Position numbers and translations under genes: made by a program. Under the pieces are notes generated by a model. The model was not told where the DNA came from. It ran no database searches and was given only the letters and a program-made list of their open reading frames with translations. A stretch of DNA of 63,697 bases, filler included, from Octopus bimaculoides (Eukaryota): NCBI RefSeq assembly GCF_001194135.2. It is 6 parts of 6 records of this genome, joined end to end, with 100 filler letters (N's around TTAATTAATTAA, not from the genome) between each part and the next. Parts side by side here need not be neighbours in the genome. Positions count along the whole stretch, not along the records: positions 33,806 to 60,046 come from NC_068982.1; 5 more parts are not named here. One strand, written 5' to 3'. Shown here in pieces: positions 35,571 to 48,472 of the stretch (positions are counted from its first letter, which is position 1; every line of letters starts with the position of its first letter).

Positions 35571-37243
35571 TAGAGAATGAGAAAGAGTGAGAGAGAGAGA
35601 GAGTGAAAGAGTGAGAGTGAGAGAGAGATTGAGAGAGTACAATGTAGAATTTCTATAGTTTCAAGTAAATGGGGTGAACCATGTAACCCTTGACGTACCA
35701 GTAATTATACAATACTTCCTTCCACCTCAGTTCTTTTCATTTCTACCTCTACATGCATAGGAATTAGACGACAATATTTTACTTTCACAATGAAGTACAT
35801 TCTTTTTGCTATATTGGATAATGGTTGATCATCGCCACTGTTGAATTTACTTACATCAAATAAGCTAATGGTAGCAGTGCGAAAGGGAACCGTAACGAGA
35901 TTACAATAGATATTAAACTTGATGTTTTTAAAAGGCTTGATGGAAGAGAAAATAACTAGCCACATTGTCAAAACATTAAATTTCTCATCGTTTACAGAGA
36001 AGGATATGTAGAAATAGAGTGAAAATTAAGTCAAATGCTTAAGAAACTTCTACGTTAACCATCCAAATCTTATGTTTCCACTGATCTAATCTGATGCTTA
36101 AAATAGAAAAGTCTTCGAATGAATGTTTCGAGGATCTGATTCGAGGTAATATGACAAGGGGTTCGATGGTAATAGCCCAAACTTTGTATGACGATTCGCA
36201 GACAAGGTTAAGTGAAACTTTAAAAGAAAAACTTTTTCGTTGCTTGTAAAGCCTGCTCTGAAAAGTTTAAGAAGCGCTTGAATTTCCAGAAACTAACATT
36301 AACTGGTAAAGCTGCCAGTTCAGATACAAAGGCTGCTACTAATTATCTCAATATAATTCTTATATTAGACCAGGCCACTTTACTTCTCATTAATTAGAGT
36401 TTCATACTCAGAGGCAACCCTTCTGACGAAGATTCAGAGCTTCGGTACTTTGNNNNNNNNNNNNNNNNNNNNNNNNNNNNNNNNNNNNNNNNNNNNNNNN
36501 NNNNNNNNNNNNNNNNNNNNNNNNNNNNNNNNNNNNNNNNNNNNNNNNNNNNNNNNNNNNNNNNNNNNNNNNNNNNNNNNNNNNNNNNNNNNNNNNNNNN
36601 NNNNNNNNNNNNNNNNNNNNNNNNNNNNNNNNNNNNNNNNNNNNNNNNNNNNNNNNNNNNNNNNNNNNNNNNNNNNNNNNNNNNNNNNNNNNNNNNNNNN
36701 NNNNNNNNNNNNNNNNNNNNNNNNNNNNNNNNNNNNNNNNNNNNNNNNNNNNNNNNNNNNNNNNNNNNNNNNNNNNNNNNNNNNNNNNNNNNNNNNNNNN
36801 NNNNNNNNNNNNNNNNNNNNNNNNNNNNNNNNNNNNNNNNNNNNNNNNNNNNNNNNNNNNNNNNNNNNNNNNNNNNNNNNNNNNNNNNNNNNNNNNNNNN
36901 NNNNNNNNNNNNNNNNNNNNNNNNNNNNNNNNNNNNNNNNNNNNNNNNNNNNNNNNNNNNNNNNNNNNNNNNNNNNNNNNNNNNNNNNNNNNNNNNNNNN
37001 NNNNNNNNNNNNNNNNNNNNNNNNNNNNNNNNNNNNNNNNNNNNNNNNNNNNNNNNNNNNNNNNNNNNNNNNNNNNNNNNNNNNNNNNNNNNNNNNNNNN
37101 NNNNNNNNNNNNNNNNNNNNNNNNNNNNNNNNNNNNNNNNNNNNNNNNNNNNNNNNNNNNNNNNNNNNNNNNNNNNNNNNNNNNNNNNNNNNNNNNNNNN
37201 NNNNNNNNNNNNNNNNNNNNTATATATATATATATATATATGA

Positions 37244-37293
<50 letters not shown>

Positions 37294-37889
37294 GACTATT
37301 ATTATTATTATCATTAGCCAAATTTCCATGCTATTAGCCCCTTATCGCTGTATACTTTTTGTTTTACTTCTGTGTCCACGAGGGAAATTTAAATGAATAA
37401 TGAATTTATGATGTATGGTGTGCAGTACATTCTCTATTATATTATTCAATTTCCTGCGACTGATTTCTTTGCTTTATCTTCCCATAGTTCTTTTCGTTTT
37501 AATTATGCAAATTACTCTTTGGTTGGACATACTAAAAAACTCTTTCAATAAATATTAAATTGTTCATCTGTGTTTGGTGGCGAGTATTCCTACACTATTC
37601 TGATGAGACCGCACAGAAACAGAAACGTATCGGTCGCTCTCTTTCGTCTATGAAATAAAGATCGGAATATCCCCCCCCCCCCAGTGTGTTAATTCTACTC
37701 TCAAAATATTCGTATTTTGTTGAAATTATGGCAACTTCTGATTCAGTGTTGCGAATATTTATCGCATATAGAATTTTCATAAATAAGTTATATGTACACA
37801 CATGCATACATATACATATGTTTAATACACTCATATATATACACACGCATATGCATATATAAATAATACACCGACTCTAGATAGCCGTG

Positions 37890-38930
37890 AAGAATCAAAA
37901 CACGAATTCTATGAAACTTTAGGAATGTTTGGTGGTATAGCCAATTCTGATAAATTTATTTTGCTTGGTGACTTTAAAGCTAGAGTTTGTACTGATTGGA
38001 ATACATGAAGATGTCTTGGAAGGTATGACATTGAGAAAATGAACGATAATAGACTGTTACTCCTTCAACTTTGTAGAAAAATGGGCTCATTTACATCAAG
38101 TATGTAGTTTGAACATAAAGACTAACACATTACGACAAGCATGCATCCTCGATCAAAACTGTGGCATCTAATTGATTTTGTAATGGTTAGACAAAGAGAT
38201 ATAAATGTTGTACTTAATGTGCATTCCTTAAAAGGTCGATCATGCACTTGTGAGATACAAAATGATAATATATCATAGGTGTAGAAGGTCATACAATAAA
38301 TAAAACTCTACCAAAACGTATTAATGTAGGAAATATTGAAGGTCCTGACGTACAGGAAGTTTTCCAGGGTCATCTTTCATCAATTTAGGATTTATCTTCA
38401 TGGGGTGAACTACAAAACAATTTATAGGATATCTTTTCTGAATATCTTGGTTATCAACAAGCTGGCAATAAGGATTGGTTTGATGAAAATTATATAGAGA
38501 TAACTCTACTACTTGAGCATAAGCCTACACTAGAAAAAAAAAAATCACTTCTTCAGAATAATTCATCCTTTATTAGACGCAAAAAGATACAAGATGAGCT
38601 AAAGCGAATTAAAGCAAAGTTACAGAGAGTAATAAGAAGTATGAAAGAACATTGGTGAAAAGATTTGTCAAAAGATATTCAATCAGCTGCTGAATGCCAT
38701 GGTGCTAAAAAGTTTTATGCTCTCATAAAAAAATGGATATGGTGCTAAACCTGCAAGAATTCCACCTTTATACAAGAGCAATGAAGAAATATTCTTTACA
38801 TCAATAAAAGTTATTGTAAAACTATTGAAGGAGCCTTTTTCTAACTTATTTATCCAAAATTGTAATACTAATGATGATACTGTCTCCAATCTTCAGCAAA
38901 TGCCAATAACTTATTCAATGTGGTTTTAGA
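37890..38930 (+). mobile_element. Old RTE-like LINE fragment (APE domain and linker)
   Basis: LLGDFKARV, IEKMNDNRLLLLQLC and HPRSKLWHLIDFVMVR-like segments; many stops. Confidence 0.7.
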
Positions 38931-40087
38931 CCAAATAAGGGTGTGGGGGGGGGCTATGGTAAGGTAGCCAAATAAGGGGGATCATATAAGGTGCAAGAAA
39001 AATGTCTTGGTATAAAAAGCAGCCTCATATCACCTTTGAATCTCAGTCTATTAGACTAAAAAAAGGACGGACACACACACGCACACACACCCACACACAC
39101 GCACACACACACACACACTCATACANNNNNNNNNNNNNNNNNNNNNNNNNNNNNNNNNNNNNNNNNNNNNNNNNNNNNNNNNNNNNNNNNNNNNNNNNNN
39201 NNNNNNNNNNNNNNNNNNNNNNNNNNNNNNNNNNNNNNNNNNNNNNNNNNNNNNNNNNNNNNNNNNNNNNNNNNNNNNNNNNNNNNNNNNNNNNNNNNNN
39301 NNNNNNNNNNNNNNNNNNNNNNNNNNNNNNNNNNNNNNNNNNNNNNNNNNNNNNNNNNNNNNNNNNNNNNNNNNNNNNNNNNNNNNNNNNNNNNNNNNNN
39401 NNNNNNNNNNNNNNNNNNNNNNNNNNNNNNNNNNNNNNNNNNNNNNNNNNNNNNNNNNNNNNNNNNNNNNNNNNNNNNNNNNNNNNNNNNNNNNNNNNNN
39501 NNNNNNNNNNNNNNNNNNNNNNNNNNNNNNNNNNNNNNNNNNNNNNNNNNNNNNNNNNNNNNNNNNNNNNNNNNNNNNNNNNNNNNNNNNNNNNNNNNNN
39601 NNNNNNNNNNNNNNNNNNNNNNNNNNNNNNNNNNNNNNNNNNNNNNNNNNNNNNNNNNNNNNNNNNNNNNNNNNNNNNNNNNNNNNNNNNNNNNNNNNNN
39701 NNNNNNNNNNNNNNNNNNNNNNNNNNNNNNNNNNNNNNNNNNNNNNNNNNNNNNNNNNNNNNNNNNNNNNNNNNNNNNNNNNNNNNNNNNNNNNNNNNNN
39801 NNNNNNNNNNNNNNNNNNNNNNNNNNNNNNNNNNNNNNNNNNNNNNNNNNNNNNNNNNNNNNNNNNNNNNNNNNNNNNNNNNNNNNNNNNNNNNNNNNNN
39901 NNNNNNNNNNNNNNNNNNNNNNNNNNNNNNNNNNNNNNNNNNNNNNNNNNNNNNNNNNNNNNNNNNNNNNNNNNNNNNNNNNNNNNNNNNNNNNNNNNNN
40001 NNNNNNNNNNNNNNNNNNNNNNNNNNNNNNNNNNNNNNNNNNNNNNNNNNNNNNNNNNNNNNNNNNNNNNNNNNNNNNNNNNNNNNN

Positions 40088-40219
40088 CAAATCGACTCCA
40101 GGACTTATTCTTTGTAGGCCTAGTACTTATTCTATCGGTCTCTTTTGCCGAACCGCTAAGTTACGGGGACGTAAACACACCAGCATCGGTTGTCAAGCGA
40201 AGTTAGGAGGACAAACACA

Positions 40220-40289
<70 letters not shown>

Positions 40290-40450
40290 CGACAGGCTTC
40301 TTTCAGTTTCCGTCTATCAAATCCACTCACAAGGCTTTGGTCGGCCCAAGGCTATAGTAGAAGACACTTGCCCAAGGTGCCACGCGCTGGGACTGAACCC
40401 AGAACCATGTGGTTGGTAAGCAATCTACTTACCACTCAGCCACTCCCGCG
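40088..40450 (-). mobile_element. SINE family A copy with CpGs retained
   Basis: aaatcgactccaggacttattc...gccgaaccgctaagttacggggacg...cactcagccactcccgc. Confidence 0.88.
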
Positions 40451-40494
40451 GTTTTTTAAAACTATTTTCTTCTTTTTAAAATATTGGTTTCATA

Positions 40495-40700
40495 TTTTGG
40501 TACAAGGCCAGCAATTTCGAGGAAAGTGGCAAGTCAATGACATCGACACCAGTATCCAACTGGTACTTATTTAATGAACTCCGAAAGGATGACAGGCGAA
40601 GATGAATTCGGCAGAAAACGGACTCAGAACGTAAAGACGGACGAAATGCCGATAAGCATTTTGTCCGGTGTGATAACGATTCTGCCAGCTTACCGCCTTC
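40495..40700 (-). mobile_element. SINE family B copy
   Basis: ggtacaaggccagcaatttcg...ctgccagcttaccgcct. Confidence 0.8.
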
Positions 40701-40965
40701 TTTTAAAAATATCATCTTGAAATAAAAAAAAAATTAATGTAATATTATGATAAATTGTATATCACAACAATAACAATAATAATATCAACAATAATAATAT
40801 CAACAAACATGATAAAATTCGGTATGTAAATAAATAAACAAAACCGAATATTTACCACCTGTGCATGTAAATTATAAGTAATTAACAAAATTATATTTTA
40901 AAAGACATTGCTTTGCAGATGTTTCTATACGTGCATTGATGATGGTCACAGGACTTGTTCCATTT

Positions 40966-41015
<50 letters not shown>

Positions 41016-41152
41016 CGCGCGTGTGTGATAAAGAGAGAGAATTTTACATGCTGGAACGCTGTTAATTCTAGCTATTATTGTCATTTGTTAAATCTCATAA
41101 TCTATGCACGTGTATAAACAGACATGTGTAAACTTTCACACTGAGAAATCGA

Positions 41153-41205
<53 letters not shown>

Positions 41206-41799
41206 GTACGTATAGGAAGTATTATTATACTTGATGTTTCGCTTTGTGATCCAGAAAGCGAAACTACTGAAGTAGGCAAAGATCGCTATAATAAAATGAA
41301 AGTAAAAATAATGTTCAGTGGTATAACTAAATTCAGCGATGAAATGAATCTGAGTGAATGTTTTCCTTTGGAAGTGAATGTCGAGCTGATTGAAAAGAAT
41401 TATATTGTACGTGATATTTGTATTAATACGTTGAACATTGAATATACAATTAACTGCCTAGCATTGTTGGGATTAATTCATAATTCAACAGCATTCTGTA
41501 ATGAATCAATGCGTTTGGTGAATCGCCGCACATGTTCAGATGGAAAAGCTTGAGGGGGTATTGTGTAGGCAGGCATTATCAAAGTATTAGATAAGATTCT
41601 TTCTTTTCTGGGTCTCATATCCCATTGCTTCGTCTCGTAAAGCTTTATGATTGATGGGCAGCATTTGGTTACAAACAATATGTTATGAAGCAGCTTGATG
41701 TCGCTAGAGAAGCAATAGTTACACGGTGTAACTACTTTAGAGATGTATGAACTATGTGGTGTATCGACAATCCTATGCAGATCGGAGGAAACAGTTTAA

Positions 41800-42024
41800 T
41801 CCGTTAGTATTCAATTCGACCATATCAGGTCCAAATATTCTTTGTATTGTATGTTCCTTCGAAACTGGCTAGATCCGGCCTCTCTCATGTACCCTACAAT
41901 GTTATTGCATAAACAAACAATCACATCATTGAAATTTTAAAGCTATGACATAATACATAATTAATTCAAAGCAACGTAAATAAATAAACATTACATTTGA
42001 CAGATTCATTTCAATGTTAAAGGG
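41800..42024. mobile_element. Diverged piggyBac-type MITE
   Basis: TTAA at 41796-41799, ending taaaggg|ttat. A related partial copy lies near 59050-59150. Confidence 0.6.
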
Positions 42025-43691
42025 TTATTAAATGCATTCGGCAGTATTACTATATTTAATTCTTATAGTTTAGTTCATTATTAAGCAAAACAAAATAAAC
42101 TAAATAAAAAGCATCTTACAAAGAATTATATGTTATAATTACCATTTTGTTAATTAGGTTTGTATCACGTTATTTCCTTTCACAGCAAACAGTTCTTTCA
42201 TTTTCCCAGCTGAGTTTCCGGTAAATGACAACCTCTGCTGACTTCAGTAGTTTTATTTTCTGGATCACAAAGCGAAACATCACCCTACTATCAATTAGAA
42301 TATAAAAACAAATCTCAACTGGTAGCTACCGGGGTTATATAAAAAGGGACAAAGAATATGTACCGGAGTTTCGCCGAAGATGAATACTGAAGATAAGGTG
42401 AATAGCTAAGGTTAAGCGGTGATGCGTCAAATATTGCTTGATGTAGGGTAGTGCTACGGTAAGCAATCACCCGTATGAAACTAGCATCTGGAACTAAATT
42501 ACATTGGGTTGATATTATGTGTATGTGCATTAAAAATGGGCGGGGATTGTATTGAGTCGTAGCAATGGAGCGTTGGAAAATTGTGAATAAAAGAAAATGG
42601 CGATAGTTAAAAACGTTTGAGAAACAATGCTATGACGATCCAACCAATCCCGCGCCTTCATCTACAAGAAGAATAATAGACACGATATTATTATTTTTCT
42701 TCTTGATTTCAACATTAAGAATTAAACAACAACAACAACAACAACAACACCAACACGAGCAGGAGCAGCAGCAACAAAAAACAACATAGAAATCTACCTT
42801 ACCCTTTGTAGCAATGATCGTCTGCTGTTTGAGACGAATGCCGTACAGTGCGCTTTGTAAGATAACTTTATTGTCGTTCGTATAGAAGTCTATATTTCCA
42901 AGAGGGTACTCATAACAGAAAATGCCAGTCATGTAGATTCTAATTATTATCTGACTTATTACTTATGCTTTAGATAATTTAATTTTTTCAATACAAACCA
43001 GTGTATAATTTTGTACATCTGCTTAGTAACTCTTCTATTACCGTTTCAGTAACTACGGTGAATGGTGTTTTCCTGAGGAAGCTATTATAAGGCAGAACAT
43101 GTTTGGAATTATTTCCCGTATTGCTGAAATAATTACAATAATATTTATAATTTACTAATATTATATTTTCCCCTCACCGATAACATTTTTAACAAACTAC
43201 TAATGCACCCTTTATTAAATATACCCAATACTAACTTAACTATTTTATTATATGGATTGGAAATTATTTTCTAAATTTTACAAACCACCTACATGAACTA
43301 ATATTCAATCTTGTACATTTATTTAGTAATTTTTCAAGCATATTTAAGTATTTACAAAGAGAGCCATACTTCACTGATGAAGTTATCATAACAAGATCAA
43401 AACATGCCTGGAGTTGTCTCCCATACTTACTACCATAAGTTCGATAATTTCTCGCCATTGGCTAATGTTTTTGTTTCTCTTCTCATAATTATTTTAAACA
43501 CGCTCTTTAATGCTCCGTTCATTAAACGTATTAACGCTAATTAACCATGTACATCAGATCTGCTGCTATCATATAATTGTGATTCTGGTAGGATTGGTAA
43601 TTATATCCATTCTTGTGAAGCTGCTAAGATTTGTACTGTTTACTCTTGCTGTTATTTAGCTCAGCATCAACTGTCATCCAGTTAACATATG

Positions 43692-43752
<61 letters not shown>
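43692..43752. repeat. (AAT)n microsatellite
   Basis: Pure AAT run. Confidence 0.95.
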
Positions 43753-43754
<2 letters not shown>

Positions 43755-44389
43755 GCAAACAAATGTTCCGAAGTAGCTCATAGACTACAGTATTTCAGTG
43801 TCCTACCTCATTGTTAGGACGCTTGGGTATGAAGCGAGGGTGATTTTGCTGTTATTTCAAACCAAGTAGATCGACACGTCGAGAATCCTTCGTTGACTAG
43901 AAAAGAAATAAGTGCGCATTGTTATTGTTGTTTCAGCCACAGGTCAATCCTAATGAAGCAGACTTACGCTCCGAGACATTCCAGCCGTGGCTATCCTGTC
44001 TTATTTTTCGACATGATATAGCGAGGGCTACATAAAACAATGCAGTCATTCTTTTTTCAGATGATAGAGTGGTAATTGATGGAGATTTGGTTTCTATTTC
44101 TAGCCAGTAGCGACCACATAGGAACCCAATTATTAACACCAAGTCAACTTTGAGTTAAGCAAACATTTGATCAAAGATATTCCAACCGTGACTATCTCGT
44201 TTTTTAAGAGTTATCCAGGACAACATTACTTAATGTGTCCGTTTCCTATTTTAAAGCGGTAGCTGAGTCAAGGGAGATTTGGCTGCTATTTCTACCGCAA
44301 CGAGCGACCCCTCATTCACTCGATAAGAACTCGTCATACACAGGAAAGGATCCACCAAATAAATTGGATCCGTGCTTACCGTTTACCTT

Positions 44390-44640
44390 TTATTCTTTTA
44401 CTTGTTGCAGTCATCATACTGCGGCCATGCTGGGGCACCTTCCATGAAGAATTTTAGTCGAACGAATCGACCACAGTATTTATTCTTTTTAAGCCTGGCA
44501 CTTATTTTATCGGCCTCTTTTGCCGAACTGCTAAGTTTCGGAGACGTAAACACACCAACACCGATCAGAGGGAGAATCCCCACCCCTCTCACACACACGA
44601 CATACTTCGTTCTGTTTCTGTTTACCAGATCCACTCACGT
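44390..44640 (-). mobile_element. SINE family A copy (partial, diverged)
   Basis: cagtcatcatactgcggccatgctggggcacc...gccgaactgctaagtttcggagacg. Confidence 0.75.
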
Positions 44641-45036
44641 TTCAGGTTTTGATTAGGTAAGAGCATTTTAGGTATTTTGCGCACTAGCCGTCTTGATATC
44701 GATTTGACAAAATCTGCCCCAAAGCACATGCACAAAAATGACAATGACACGGGTTCGCTACCAGACTCTGCTCACTTTTTCGTCAAATTGGTCCCACCTT
44801 TTAATATAGATTTTTATTTTTTGAAGAATCCCGAAATCTGGTGAAAAATATTTCATGGCTATCAACAGACATCTTATTAACGGTAATTTATTACCGTCTA
44901 CCTCAGCTAGTATATATATATATATATATATATGTAGATATGCAGGGCAGGGAATCGTCAATTAGTAATAAAATTAATAATCAGCAATTTTGCCGGGTAG
45001 CTCAGTATGAAAAAACCTTCTTCGGTAAAAAACATT

Positions 45037-45099
45037 TATAATCATAAATATATAGGGATTAGAGAAGCAGGTTACTGTCAATCCCTATATATTTATGAT

Positions 45100-45103
<4 letters not shown>
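45037..45103. repeat. Perfect 24-bp hairpin with a 19-nt loop
   Basis: TATAATCATAAATATATAGGGATT (45037-45060) and AATCCCTATATATTTATGATTATA (45080-45103). Confidence 0.9.
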
Positions 45104-45131
<28 letters not shown>

Positions 45132-45236
45132 TAGTCAAATTGAATCATCGAACTATTGAAATAACTATAAAACAGAACAAGAGGACATGCACATGGAATG
45201 TGTTAGTTTGATGCTCGGTATAAAGAAAGAGCTGTT

Positions 45237-45268
45237 GACGTTTTGAGCATAGCTCTTAGTCAGATAGG
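45237..45268 (-). ncRNA. Hammerhead ribozyme relic (core mutated)
   Basis: CTGACTA-A-GAGC-tat-GCTC-AAAA-C-GTC; G8T and G12A relative to the canonical core. Confidence 0.55.
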
Positions 45269-45384
45269 AAAACAGAAAAGTCTAGAGAAGGAAAAATATC
45301 GCCAACAGCACGTGTATGTGTGTGTGTGTATCGCTAACACCACAAGTTTTTTTTCATTCTCTCTCTGTTTATTTCCTCGTGTTC

Positions 45385-45420
45385 CTTTCTGTTGAAGAGC
45401 GTAGGCTCGAAACGTAAAAG
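45385..45420 (+). ncRNA. Minimal hammerhead ribozyme motif, A6U variant
   Basis: CTTT-CTGTTGA-A-GAGC-gtag-GCTC-GAAA-C-GTA-AAAG. Helices I and II pair perfectly; helix III is the palindrome ACGT. Confidence 0.65.
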
Positions 45421-45502
45421 ACTTTCTCACCTTCATGAGCGTCAAACTAATACTCCTGCTTGTTGTTTATACACCTGTCTTCCTCTTTCTGTAAATTTCA
45501 AC

Positions 45503-45551
<49 letters not shown>

Positions 45552-46278
45552 AACTCTTCTCTACCACCCTGGTCTGAACAGCCACCTCAAGCCTCGGGAC
45601 CCTTCGCGCCCATCAGTATAAAGAGGCTCAATTACTGGCTACAAATCTACTACTCGAATACCAGTTAATGCTGTATTCTGGGATCTTATATAATAAAATC
45701 TAAAACTGAAATAGAAATACAACAAATAAACAAACAGAATATTCACACACAAGACACGGACGTTGCTTGTTCTTTGTTAGTCATCGTCCAAAAAAGTTCG
45801 TAGTGTTTGACGCCTTTAATAATAATATTGTTTATTTTTGGTGACATCAATAACGAGAAGCTGCTAGTAATAGCGAGCGAACGTTGAGGACAGTGACGAA
45901 AACAAACACGACACAAATGTAAATATACTAACAAAATACATATACAACATACAACCAAACATATACAGCGTACAACCAAAATATAGCTATCGGCTCTAAG
46001 ACGCGACGCATGTATGAGTAACGCAAAAGAAAATGTCCTATACGACGGGAAAGGGGAAAAGAGAATGGAAGAGAACGAAAGAAAAAAACACAAACCATGT
46101 TGAAAATAAGGAAGGGAGCGAGAGAAACGTGACTGAACGAGTAGCGGGCAGGCGGAAAAGGAAATGGAACAGAGAGATGGGAGTGGTCACAGGTCACATT
46201 TTGTAGTGGCACGCGAGAGGAAACGTGGTGGAGGGTGGAGAGAACGAAAGCAGCAGAGTGGTAAGGAGAGAGGGGAAG

Positions 46279-46333
<55 letters not shown>

Positions 46334-46464
46334 TGGCAGGAGAGAAGAAATGGTGGAAGGCAGACAGACAGAAATGAACAGAGATTAAATTGATGAGGGA
46401 GGAAAGGAGAGAAAGAGAGAGAAGGAGAGAGGGAGTGGAAGAGAGAGAGAGAGAGAGAGGAAGT

Positions 46465-46507
<43 letters not shown>

Positions 46508-46595
46508 AAGAGACATCGTGCAAAGAAATCTCCGGTTGAATAGTTGACAATGAGGGTGCATAGCATTACGTTAAATAACAAGTTCCATATGCATG

Positions 46596-46873
46596 TTATT
46601 CAGTTTATTTCAAGATTTCTTGTCAAAAGGGAAAGAACCGGCTTCTAACCTAGATCCAAGGTTCCTTCATTGGAATTTCAACATCAACAACAGGGTATTT
46701 TTCTTCGTATGTACGTACGTACGTATATATGCATGCATGTATGTATGTATGTGCAAATTTGTGTGTTTTATGTATGCATTCTCATGCATATAGTTGCATA
46801 TCTAGACATGCTCATATATATATAAATGATAAACTTCTGGAAAAGTTTTACAAATTTTTACAGTTCCAGTGAT
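46596..46873 (-). mobile_element. 3' UTR of the R4/Dong-like LINE, copy 1
   Basis: Directly repeated at 46890-47260 (ctaacctagatccaagg...tctagacatgctca...aaacttctggaaa). Confidence 0.75.
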
Positions 46874-46889
46874 ATATGTATGTATGTCA

Positions 46890-47515
46890 TTGTTCAGCTT
46901 TATTTCAAGAAAAAACCGGTTTCTAACCTAGATCCAAGGTTTCTTCATTGGAGATTCAACATCAACAACAAGGTATTTTTCTTTGTATGTATGTATGTAT
47001 GTATGCATGTATGCATGTATGTATGTATGTATGTATGTACAGATTTGTATGTTTTATGTATGCATTCTCATGCTTAGAGTTATACGTCTAGACATGCTCA
47101 TACATGTTTAAATGAATACAATATGAAACATAACTATAAGCGTGTTTGCTAAACTAAACTCAGAGCGGGAGGTGGGAAGTAAGTATCTTCTTGTCTTCTA
47201 ATTAATTTACGGTCATTTAAACTTCTGGAAAGTTTTACAGATTTTTACAGTTCCAGTGATAGATTTCATCTGTAGTCTTCGAATTAGCTTTCTTCTTTCT
47301 GGTTTGAGAAGTCTAATTTCTCAAGATTGTAATTTAAGCAGTGTGCTACATATCCCAGGGCCCCAATAATTACAGGTATAAACCTGAACTTGTAATCTGG
47401 ATAGAGTAACTGCAGATTTCTCAATAGTTCAGCATAGGTGTTCTCTGTTTCACTGATCTTCAGTTTTATGTTAACATCCGCTGGGCAGCTAATTTCCATA
47501 ACTGTGCACAGTTTC
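46890..47515 (-). mobile_element. R4/Dong-like LINE 3' end (RLE domain + 3' UTR), copy 2, carrying a 102-bp insertion
   Basis: TVMEISCPADVNIKLKISETENTYAELLRNLQLLYPDYKFRFIPVIIGALGYV; insertion at 47116-47217. Confidence 0.82.
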
Positions 47516-48028
47516 TCTATGTATGTGTGTATGTATGTATGTATGTATGTATGTATGTATGTATGTATGTATGTATGAATGTAGGTAGGTAGGCGTGTGT
47601 GTGTTTGTGTGTGCGCATGTGTGTGTGAGTGTGTGTATGCATGTATGTTGTAAAGGTTTGGGTTGTTTTCGACTTCAATCAATAGTTTGAGTGGTTTAGA
47701 GCGTATCAAATTTTTTTCTTTTATTATGTTACAGATTTCTTAACATCTTCAATTCCACCCCATAACTTAAAACTTGTTAGAAGCGTAACATTCGAACACA
47801 TATCGTGACAAGCAGAATGATATAATTTCTATTGTGCACCATCAAACATATATTTCAATTCAATTTAGAAAATATCGAGACCCCGAAGTCAGCCACTACC
47901 CCAGAGGCACCCAGATAGTGTTTCGTGGCGCACTACCGTCAGAGGTAACTAGTTATAGAACTAAAAACCAAAATTATATTTAGAAAAATATGAAGAATAC
48001 GAACTGAAATTCTAAATATAGATTCTGA

Positions 48029-48130
48029 ATACAATATGAAACATAACTATAAGAGTGTTTGCTAAACTAAACTCAGAGCTGGAGGTGGAGAGTAAGTATC
48101 TTCCCGTCTTCTAATTAATTTACGGTCATT
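48029..48130 (+). repeat. 102-bp direct copy of 47116-47217
   Basis: 6 mismatches in 102 bp, no indels. Confidence 0.9.
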
Positions 48131-48389
48131 TAGGTACATTATGTAAAAGAGAAAGAAGGAAAGGAAAATTTCGGTTTTTGATCATTATAAAATGTATGGA
48201 ATAATCTTCAGAGTCGAGATATTCTCTTTGTAAGCTGACGATTCTATAGAGATTAGTAACAAAACACAATTACATTTATTCATTTAATTGATTAAAAACA
48301 AATTATAATCGGTTTGTTTATTTCTCTATCTTTCTCGCTTTCCCTATTTCTCTTTCTATCTCTCTCTAACTCTCTCTAACTTTCTCTCC

Positions 48390-48472
<83 letters not shown>

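Noticed and set aside
36394-36452. Possible terminal exon KYRSSESSSEGLPLSMKL* emerging from a gap
   Set aside because: The acceptor is hidden in N and there is no homology.
41104-41553. 149-aa plus-strand ORF
   Set aside because: It begins in microsatellite translation, and the remainder has no recognisable homology.
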